Shown in pieces: positions 47,459 through 54,807 of a DNA stretch of 55,421 bases. The stretch spans positions 1 to 55,421 of the forward strand of contig JAFUPL010000046.1 in NCBI GenBank assembly GCA_017481235.1, read 5' to 3'. The stretch's first letter is position 1, and every line of letters begins with the position of its first letter. The notes under the pieces were generated by a model. The model ran no database searches. It was not told where the DNA came from and saw only the letters and a program-made list of their open reading frames with translations. The translations under genes and the position numbers were made by a program. This stretch comes from Clostridia bacterium (GTDB taxonomy: Bacteria; Bacillota; Clostridia; Christensenellales; UBA1242).

Positions 47459-48508
47459 ATGCAAAATAAAAAAATATTTATCATTAACTTAATATACTAC
47501 TTATGCATGCTAAGCGTAGCATTGATTTTTGTGCTAGGATATTTTGATATTATTACAAATTCATATCTATCCACATTTTTAATTCAAGGCATAGTAATGT
47601 TTGCAATACCCATACTACTTTATTCGAGATTTGTAACCAAAAATATTAAGCAAACATTTAGCGACTTTGGTTTTAAAAAGATATCATTAGTGGTTTTACT
47701 ATGTTCAATAGGTCTTGGTTTTGTATTATTTTTTATCAACAACTATGTTGCGGACATATTTTACACAATACTATCAATATTGGGTTATGATAATTCAATT
47801 AATGTTAATTTAAATGTAAACTCACACATTGGAATAGAGTTTTTACTTACCGCCATAGCACCTGGCATTTGCGAAGAAGTGCTACATCGCGGAATGTTTA
47901 TGCGCGGTTGCCAAAAGCAAGGTTACACACGTTATGGATTGTTGTTTTCGTCACTATTGTTTGGTTTAATGCACCTTAATGTTCAACAATTCTTTTATGC
48001 TATGATATTGGGCGGATTGATGGGTATTGTAGTAATTATATCCGATAGCATTTATCCCGCTATGATAATCCACTTTATGAACAATGCTTTAAGTATTTAT
48101 TTTAGTTATGGCATTAAATATAATTGGCCATTTGCCGATTTTAAATACAATATTGAAACTATGATTTTTTCTACCAATATATTACTAAGTATTGCAATAA
48201 TTTGCGGATTGATAATGTTGTTGCTTGCATTGTACAAAATACTTATTCAAACAATTGCACGCGATAAACATAAGCGCACCGCTTTGCAACTTGCTAAAGA
48301 TTTAAAAATGGAAGAGATGAACTACATTGAAATGCAAAACAAACTCGATGAAATTGAAGTGGTGCTAGAACAAACTTCACCAAAATCAACACTTAACCTT
48401 ACAAACTCAAATCCACCGCTTATGTTTGTAGATAAAATATTCCTATATTCAAGTATTGTGCTTGGTGCATTGATAACAATTTGCTCGTTTATATGGGGGA
48501 TATTGTAA
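47459..48508 (+). CDS. CPBP-family intramembrane glutamic endopeptidase, copy 2
   Basis: PGICEEVLHRG, FGLMH and IHFMNN motifs. AAAGGA SD lies upstream. Confidence 0.8.
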   Translation: MQNKKIFIINLIYYLCMLSVALIFVLGYFDIITNSYLSTFLIQGIVMFAIPILLYSRFVTKNIKQTFSDFGFKKISLVVLLCSIGLGFVLFFINNYVADIFYTILSILGYDNSINVNLNVNSHIGIEFLLTAIAPGICEEVLHRGMFMRGCQKQGYTRYGLLFSSLLFGLMHLNVQQFFYAMILGGLMGIVVIISDSIYPAMIIHFMNNALSIYFSYGIKYNWPFADFKYNIETMIFSTNILLSIAIICGLIMLLLALYKILIQTIARDKHKRTALQLAKDLKMEEMNYIEMQNKLDEIEVVLEQTSPKSTLNLTNSNPPLMFVDKIFLYSSIVLGALITICSFIWGIL

Positions 48509-48528
48509 AAAACGCACTCGCGTTTTTA
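48507..48528 (+). terminator. intrinsic terminator after CPBP copy 2
   Basis: AAAAACGC-actc-GCGTTTTT. Confidence 0.7.
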
Positions 48529-48553
48529 CAATGATGAATGAAAAATGAAAAAT

Positions 48554-48580
48554 TAGCGACACTATAATCGCTATTTTTTT
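48554..48580. terminator. second hairpin plus T-run; bidirectional, probably serves the convergent M14 gene
   Basis: TAGCGA-cactataa-TCGCTA-TTTTTTT, with AATTTTT on the other strand. Confidence 0.55.
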
Positions 48581-48679
48581 ATTTAAACATTGTTTTTCTT
48601 TATTACCTCAAGTATCCGCTAACATCGTTCCTTTAGTTTTTTATTATTTTTATTTTTAAATATTCCAACATTTATCGTT

Positions 48680-49600
48680 TTATCTTCTAAAGCGTCTAAA
48701 CAAATTCATCACTCTATTATTACTACGTTTTTGTTGAATATTAATTTGATTTTGATATTCTATCGCCGCGTTAAGTGCAACCAATGGCACATCTTTGTTT
48801 TGTTCAAATATTTCTGGCAAGTATTCTTCCTCAATAGGGTGTTCAATATTTTCATTACCGACTTCAATGGTGTATGATGGTATGCCAAGCGTTCGAATGC
48901 ACCAATCCTTATATCCCCCAGCACTATTTTCGGTAAATATCAATGGATAACCCGTTGTAGCAGACAATTGCTCACCAATCGCCCTATCTCGTGCTATATC
49001 TTGCTCGCTTTGACCTGGAAAACCATAGAAAATAACTTCACCCTTTGAATGATATGATATTGTAAGCAATGGTCGCACTTGGCGTGTAAAATCAATAAGG
49101 CTAATAACTTCGCGCTCACTATTTGGATAAAATCCAATAAAATCTTCCGTGCTTGGGCAACGCACATTTTGACCACCAGTTCCCCAATCCGCGTCAAAGT
49201 TCGTGTTGAGGTCCACAAGGTTTATATTCGCCTTATACTTGCTAAAATCAAATCCGCCATTCGCAAGCACCAAGTATTGCTTAGTAATGTCACATGGTAC
49301 GCTATCAATTCCGTCTAGCACAATCTCCGCACCATCTGGATTGGTTAAAAATATAAAGTATATCCCACCTCTAGTCACCGCACCCGTTGCATTTAAATAT
49401 CTTGCTTGCTCAATCATAAGAAGGGTACTAATATATTCCCGTGCATGAATGCCACCTTGTATTAAAATTTGTGTTCCATCATAACTTCCCACATGAGTTG
49501 CAAGTATGTTTTTGCCCAACACACTTTTACCCGCATTAAACAACTCCAATCCCTCATCTTGCAAATCTACAATCCGTTGCACCAATTCTTGATATGTCAT
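48680..49600 (-). CDS. M14-family zinc carboxypeptidase (gamma-D-glutamyl-diamino-acid peptidase-like)
   Basis: GGIHAREYIST is the HxxE zinc motif, plus FLTNPDG and SYHS. I chose the ATG at 49600 (MTYQEL) with AGAGGTGG upstream over the track's GTG at 49606. Confidence 0.75.
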   Translation of the reverse strand: MTYQELVQRIVDLQDEGLELFNAGKSVLGKNILATHVGSYDGTQILIQGGIHAREYISTLLMIEQARYLNATGAVTRGGIYFIFLTNPDGAEIVLDGIDSVPCDITKQYLVLANGGFDFSKYKANINLVDLNTNFDADWGTGGQNVRCPSTEDFIGFYPNSEREVISLIDFTRQVRPLLTISYHSKGEVIFYGFPGQSEQDIARDRAIGEQLSATTGYPLIFTENSAGGYKDWCIRTLGIPSYTIEVGNENIEHPIEEEYLPEIFEQNKDVPLVALNAAIEYQNQINIQQKRSNNRVMNLFRRFRR

Positions 49601-49642
49601 ATCCACCTCTTATTGTATGTATGCTTTTACCCTTTTAAATGT

Positions 49643-49675
49643 GAAAAAAGAGCAATACATATATTGTATCACTCT
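49643..49675 (-). terminator. intrinsic terminator after LRR gene 3
   Basis: Minus strand reads AGAGTGATACA-atata-TGTATTGCTCT (11 bp including two G-U pairs) plus TTTTTT. Confidence 0.65.
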
Positions 49676-49745
49676 TAATTTTTAAATGTGAAAACTTCCT
49701 CAAACTTTTATTTCTTATTTATTATTTCAAATAAATGCTGGGCAT

Positions 49746-52628
49746 TTATTTTTTGTACCAATATTTACTATAATAACTAGACTTAAACATCAAATAATGA
49801 TTAGTTCCAGCAGTTATTGTAACAGGGTGACCTCCACTCATTGCTTCTTGTTGTGATTCAGAGCACTGATACCATGTTCCACTAGTTTCAAATTTTAATG
49901 AACTTAAACCGCTTTGATAAAATGAGTATTGCCCTATTTTTATTACATTACTTGGAATAACTATACTTGTTATAATTTTATCATAATAAAAAGCATAACT
50001 GTTTATCGATGTTGTTCTGCTATCTAGTGTAATACTTGTTTTAGTTCTATCTGCTAAGTATGCTGCTATATAACTATTATCACTTTCCTTATAATATCTT
50101 ACTCCATCTATTGTGGTAAATTTACATTCCTCTAAACTCGTATATATTTGTAAGGCGCTACTTACTGTTACGGTTAAACTTGATAAATTACATACTTCTA
50201 CCAATGAATGACAATTACTGAAATTACCACTTCCTATCTTGGTTACTTTAGATGGAATTGTTATACTACTTAACGCAGCACAAGATGAAAAAGCATTATT
50301 GCCTATAGATGTTAAACTTATACAATCATTTAAATTTATACTCCTCAACCGCCCGCAATCGGAAAAAACATAATTCCCTATACTTGTTATACTATGTGGC
50401 AAAATTACACTTTCTAAACTACTACATTTATAAAATTCATTATCTTCTAATGTTGTTAACTTAGTACAATGACTTAGGTCTATACTTGTTAATTCACTAC
50501 TCGTAAAAGTTTTATTTAACAAAGTTAAATTTATACAATTGCTTAAATCTACACTTTTTAATTTCACACTATCGTAAAAAACAGACATTCCCATTTGTGT
50601 AACACTTGCCGGAATAGTTATACTTGTTAATCCACTTTCATAAAAAGCATAATTACCTATAATCTCTATATCATTTGGTATTATTGTTGTATTACTACCT
50701 TGTATCAACGTATTTGTTGAACTTTCAATTATTGCATTACAATTGTTTCTGCTATCATACACATTATTGTTTTCATCTACTACTACATTTGTTAATGCAT
50801 AACAAGAAGAAAATGCATGGGATCCTATTGTTGTTACTCTTGCTGGAATTACAATGTTTGTAATCTTATCACAATCATTAAAAGCACTTTGTCCAATTGA
50901 AATTAAATTTGTACACTTACTTAAATCTATATTTGTTAACTTTTGACACTTAGAGAAAGCACTAGTTTCAATTGCAGTTAAATTCATGCAATTAGTTAAT
51001 TCTACACTTATTAAATAATCACAATCATAGAAAGCGCTATTTCCTATTGTAGTTAAATTTGTACATTTGCTTAAGTCGATACTTGTTAAACAATCAATAT
51101 CACGAAATGCATAATTTCTTATCAATGTTGTTCTACTATCTAAAGTAATACTTATTTTAGTTGCATCACTTAAACGTAGCGCTATATAATCTGTTTCACT
51201 ATTCTTATAATAATCTACTCCATCTATTGTTACTAACTTACTTTCATCTCTTGCTTCGTTTTTTACAATTGCCGCATAAAATGCCACATAACCATAACCC
51301 ATACTTCCAGTTGTTATGCTTAAATTTGATAAATTATACACCTCTGCTAAATTATAACAATTATTGAACGCCCAAGAATCAATGTGTGTCACACTTGCTG
51401 GAATTGTTATATTTGTTAAACCTCCACAATTAGAGAAAGCAGAGTTAATTGTTGTTAAATTTTGACAAATAGTTAAGTCTATATTAAGTAAAGCGTTACA
51501 GTTACTAAAAGCATATGTTTCTAAACTTTGAATACTAATTGGGAGTTTAACATTTGTTAAACCTTTACATTCATAAAATGAATATTTGGGTATAGTTATT
51601 AAACTTGTGCATTTGCTTAAGTCTACACTTTCCAGATTATCACCACATCTAAAAAATGCATAATCACCTATAGTGGTCAAACTTGAAGGAAGAGTTACAC
51701 TCGTTAAACCTGTTTGATTATAAAACACTCCGTTTGCTTGGGACGTTGCTGTGGCAATTTCGGTTACTGGTTTGCCATTATACTTTGATGGGATTACTAG
51801 ATTGCTTGGTAGAGTTGATGGATTTGATGCGGGTTTAGTTATATGATATGTATCACTTTCCTCATCTAGTGTTAACCAATCTGTTGGTAGGTTTGAAAAT
51901 TGGGCATACAGTTGTTGGTTTGGTTTTACTTCACCTTCGACCCTTTTAGTATATTCCTTATCCAAATACCAACCCTCAAACATTATATCTTGCATTTCAA
52001 TTTCTGGCACATCTAAAGTATTTTCATCTATACTTTGTCCATTTACTATTGTTTGGGTTGTTGTTGTATTATTGATATTGTTGCTAACAACTATTTCCTT
52101 AGGTTTACCTAAGTACCACACAACGCTTGATGTAAATGTTGTTGGGATTTCTTGATTTGTTGGGGTTACAAGTATGTAGATATATTTTTTAGCATTTTTT
52201 ATTTTAAGTTCTTGCAATGTAAATTTAGTTTCGCCTGTAATTTCACCAGTTGTATCAAGCGGGGTGTCGCTATATGCATAACTAACTGTTACATTTGTTG
52301 TATCAATTGATTTAAGGTTGACAACCGTTGTTTCGTCCATTACACCTTTAAATACATATTCATAAGCGGTTGTAGTTGGAGTATCACCACTATTAACACT
52401 TGGGAAATATTGATATTGTAAGTTGTCTCCACCTTTTTGAATTTTTACTTCACCTGGTTTATATGTAATGGTTGAGTTATTTTTATTTACATTTGTAACT
52501 TGTTGATTTGAAGATGAAGGCGTACTATTTCTATTATTGGAATTAAGTATTACAATCCCTACTAGCAAAGTCACCAACATGACAATACAAATACTTGTGC
52601 TTAACACAATCTTTTTTAATCTAGTCAT
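49746..52628 (-). CDS. BspA-type leucine-rich-repeat surface protein, paralog 3 (960 aa)
   Basis: Same N-terminal anchor, beta domain and B-repeat-like segment (MFEGWYLDKEYTKRV), then LRRs. Two copies of the approximately 85-aa module are shared with paralog 2. The C-terminal domain is shared with paralog 1 (..WY..SE.....YWYK). Confidence 0.8.
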   Translation of the reverse strand: MTRLKKIVLSTSICIVMLVTLLVGIVILNSNNRNSTPSSSNQQVTNVNKNNSTITYKPGEVKIQKGGDNLQYQYFPSVNSGDTPTTTAYEYVFKGVMDETTVVNLKSIDTTNVTVSYAYSDTPLDTTGEITGETKFTLQELKIKNAKKYIYILVTPTNQEIPTTFTSSVVWYLGKPKEIVVSNNINNTTTTQTIVNGQSIDENTLDVPEIEMQDIMFEGWYLDKEYTKRVEGEVKPNQQLYAQFSNLPTDWLTLDEESDTYHITKPASNPSTLPSNLVIPSKYNGKPVTEIATATSQANGVFYNQTGLTSVTLPSSLTTIGDYAFFRCGDNLESVDLSKCTSLITIPKYSFYECKGLTNVKLPISIQSLETYAFSNCNALLNIDLTICQNLTTINSAFSNCGGLTNITIPASVTHIDSWAFNNCYNLAEVYNLSNLSITTGSMGYGYVAFYAAIVKNEARDESKLVTIDGVDYYKNSETDYIALRLSDATKISITLDSRTTLIRNYAFRDIDCLTSIDLSKCTNLTTIGNSAFYDCDYLISVELTNCMNLTAIETSAFSKCQKLTNIDLSKCTNLISIGQSAFNDCDKITNIVIPARVTTIGSHAFSSCYALTNVVVDENNNVYDSRNNCNAIIESSTNTLIQGSNTTIIPNDIEIIGNYAFYESGLTSITIPASVTQMGMSVFYDSVKLKSVDLSNCINLTLLNKTFTSSELTSIDLSHCTKLTTLEDNEFYKCSSLESVILPHSITSIGNYVFSDCGRLRSINLNDCISLTSIGNNAFSSCAALSSITIPSKVTKIGSGNFSNCHSLVEVCNLSSLTVTVSSALQIYTSLEECKFTTIDGVRYYKESDNSYIAAYLADRTKTSITLDSRTTSINSYAFYYDKIITSIVIPSNVIKIGQYSFYQSGLSSLKFETSGTWYQCSESQQEAMSGGHPVTITAGTNHYLMFKSSYYSKYWYKK

Positions 52629-52672
52629 ATATTATCCCCTTCAATAAATGTTTTAAATATATTTTATATTTA

Positions 52673-52701
52673 ATTTTAACAATTTACTTTTTATTTGTCA
52701 A
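52673..52701 (-). promoter_or_regulatory. conserved extended -10 promoter of LRR gene 3
   Basis: Minus strand reads TTGACA, 17-nt spacer ending in TGT, then TAAAAT. Confidence 0.6.
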
Positions 52702-52737
52702 AGAATTTACAATATGTTTATATATTTTTTGTAAATT

Positions 52738-52744
52738 TGTCGAA
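52738..52744 (+). promoter_or_regulatory. perfect Spo0A-box heptamer TGTCGAA, 36 nt upstream of the LRR-3 -35 element
   Basis: AAATTTGTCGAAATTTATTT is identical over 20 nt to the LRR-2 box region at 39690-39709. Confidence 0.45.
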
Positions 52745-52759
52745 ATTTATTTATAAAAC

Positions 52760-52837
52760 GGCGCGAATTGCACGCATTATGCGTGCGGATTGCAAAAGCA
52801 ATCCCCAAATTTTGCAATACAAAATTTAATTCGCGCC
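52760..52837. other. 78-nt perfect four-way-junction (mini-cloverleaf) element, copy B
   Basis: Closing stem GGCGCGAATT/AATTCGCGCC (10 bp). Hairpins GCACGCA-tta-TGCGTGC, GGATTGC-aaaa-GCAATCC and AAATTTTG-caata-CAAAATTT. All 32 pairs are Watson-Crick. Confidence 0.75.
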
Positions 52838-52872
52838 CCATATTTCACCCTCAAACTTAACTTTTCAACTAT

Positions 52873-52900
52873 AAAAAAAACTAAGCAAGTGCTTAGTTTT
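52873..52900 (-). terminator. intrinsic terminator of sigG (overlaps the stop codon)
   Basis: Minus strand reads AAAACTAAG-cacttg-CTTAGTTTT followed by TTTT. Confidence 0.75.
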
Positions 52901-53672
52901 ATGACATATATCGTTTAATTTGCTCTAATGCATTTTTTTCTAACCTACTTACTTGTGCTTGCGATATACCTATTTCATTGCTAACTTCCATTTGAGTTTT
53001 GCCCGCAAAATACCTTAGGTCAAGTATTTGTTTTTCCCTTGCATCAAGGTTTCTAACCGCGTCTTTCAGGTCCACATTTTGCAACCACTTGTCACTATTT
53101 TGACTTTCGTCCGCAAGGTGTTCTAGTAGCAACACTTGGTCGTCATCATCATTGTACATTGCCTCGTCAAGCGACAATGGCGCACTTATTGCATCAATTG
53201 CGTCTACCACCTCAAACAATGTAAGGTTTAAATCACTTGCAATTTCCTCCAAACTAACCTCGTCCGAACGGTCTTTGCTAAGTCGTTCCTTGCTTTTTAG
53301 CACCAAATATGCTGTATCACGCAAACTTCTGCTTACTCGCATACTACTACTATCCCTTAAAAATCGCTTAATTTCGCCCACTATCATAGGCACGGCATAG
53401 GTGCTAAATCTCACATTTAGCGTAAGGTCAAAGTTGTCAATTGCCTTCATAAGTCCCACACAACCCACTTGGAAAATATCGTCCATACTTTCCTTTGTAT
53501 CGCAAAACCGTTGTGCAACCGACAACACCAATCTCATATTGCAATAAATAAAATGCTCTTTTGCTTGCTCACAACCGTCTTTAATTTGATGTAAAATGCT
53601 AACTGTTTCGTCATTTGTAAGTCTAGGAATATTTGAAGTATTAATGTTACAAATATAAACTTTTCTTGACAT
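52899..53672 (-). CDS. sigG: sporulation sigma factor SigG
   Basis: NMRLVLSVAQRF, DDIFQVGCVGLMKAIDNFD, VRFSTYAVPMIVGEIKRFLRD and VSRSLRDTAY are SigG-like. I chose the ATG at 53672 (MSRKV) with AGGAG 6 nt upstream; the track start at 53678 is a TTG. Confidence 0.85.
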   Translation of the reverse strand: MSRKVYICNINTSNIPRLTNDETVSILHQIKDGCEQAKEHFIYCNMRLVLSVAQRFCDTKESMDDIFQVGCVGLMKAIDNFDLTLNVRFSTYAVPMIVGEIKRFLRDSSSMRVSRSLRDTAYLVLKSKERLSKDRSDEVSLEEIASDLNLTLFEVVDAIDAISAPLSLDEAMYNDDDDQVLLLEHLADESQNSDKWLQNVDLKDAVRNLDAREKQILDLRYFAGKTQMEVSNEIGISQAQVSRLEKNALEQIKRYMS

Positions 53673-53806
53673 AACCAACTCCTAAGCGTATTGTTTGCTT
53701 TGCAAAAATTTTTATACCCAAAAATTGTAAAACTCTAAATTTTGACAACATAAGTTATATTCAAACATTTAATTACTTTTTTTTATTTCTTTTACATGTT
53801 TAAATT

Positions 53807-53815
53807 TGATACAAT
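53807..53815 (+). promoter_or_regulatory. extended -10 element TGATACAAT, 6 nt upstream of the spoIIGA ATG
   Basis: TG-A-TACAAT at 53807-53815. There is no SD between it and the ATG at 53822. Confidence 0.35.
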
Positions 53816-53821
53816 CCAAAT

Positions 53822-54637
53822 ATGAATGTATATGTAGAACAAGTACTTTTAACTAATTTTGTAATTGACTTTTGCATACTTTTAATTATTTCCAAATGCG
53901 TATTGTCCAAACCAAATTACAAGCACATTATTTTATCATCATTGTTTGGAAGTTTTGCTACTTTAATCATGCCCTATTGCGCAAATATCATACTTACAAA
54001 TACTCTTAAAATATTAACCGCAATTATAATGCTTCAAATTTTACATATTAGCAAAAAACAACTACTCCTTTCATGTATGCTAATGCTGGTTGTAAGTTAC
54101 ATTATTGGCGGAGCAATACTTTCCAATTTTGGCACTCAAACCGCTAATGGTTATGGTTTAAACAAAATCAATTTGATATACGTGTTTGCAACCACACTAA
54201 TATTCACCTTTGTAACTTGTAAATTAATTGTTTGGATTAAAAGTAAAATTACATCAAATTCCAATATATATGATATTACCTTAATAAATGATGATAAAAA
54301 AATTACAACCAAAAGTTTTATTGACTCAGGCAATAGTTTACTTGACAACAATCAACCCGTTAGTTTAATTAACTTTGATACGTTTACTCGCCTTACTAAC
54401 ATAACTCTTAACCAATACTTAACCAAAAACTTTACTTCGCTAAATAACCCTCACTTTATCAATGCAAGCACAATTGCGGGCAAGCGTAAAATTTTGGTAT
54501 TCACAATCAATGAACTCCATTTAAACAAATGTTCAAATATTAAAATTTATAAAAATGTCAAACTTGGTGTAGCACTTAATTTTGACAATTCGAAAGAATA
54601 TAAAGCGATATTAAATTCAAGTTTTTGCTTTAATTAA
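53822..54637 (+). CDS. spoIIGA: sigma-E processing aspartic peptidase SpoIIGA
   Basis: 271 aa. N-terminal polytopic membrane domain starting MNVYVEQVLLTNFVIDF. The C-terminal domain carries the DSGN active-site motif (FIDSGNSLLD). It sits directly upstream of pro-sigE. Confidence 0.85.
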   Translation: MNVYVEQVLLTNFVIDFCILLIISKCVLSKPNYKHIILSSLFGSFATLIMPYCANIILTNTLKILTAIIMLQILHISKKQLLLSCMLMLVVSYIIGGAILSNFGTQTANGYGLNKINLIYVFATTLIFTFVTCKLIVWIKSKITSNSNIYDITLINDDKKITTKSFIDSGNSLLDNNQPVSLINFDTFTRLTNITLNQYLTKNFTSLNNPHFINASTIAGKRKILVFTINELHLNKCSNIKIYKNVKLGVALNFDNSKEYKAILNSSFCFN

Positions 54638-54807
54638 AATATTAAAAATAAAATAAAAAAATAATTATTAAAAATATTATTAATAATTTAAAAATAATTA
54701 ATTTATATCTATTTTATAGGCAAATTATTGAATTATAGCGTTATTTTTATTAAAATAATCAAATTTAAACAAATAAAATAAATTAAAATTATTTAAAGGA
54801 ATATTTT
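54638..54807. other. extreme-AT spacer separating spoIIGA from sigE
   Basis: 12 G/C in 170 nt by hand count. It shares blocks with the spacers at 24921-25200 and 33856-34053. Confidence 0.5.

Noticed and set aside
49634-49694. A 14-nt direct repeat, TTTAAATGTGAAAA, flanking the LRR-3 terminator hairpin.
   Set aside because: It is short and AT-rich, there are only two copies, and nothing resembling an inserted element lies between them other than the terminator. It is probably chance or a local duplication.
52760-52837. Reading the mini-cloverleaf elements as tRNA or tRNA-like genes.
   Set aside because: The closing stems are 8-10 bp, the arms carry 3-5-nt loops, and there is no GG/TPsiC-type loop motif, no 7-nt anticodon loop and no CCA or discriminator context.
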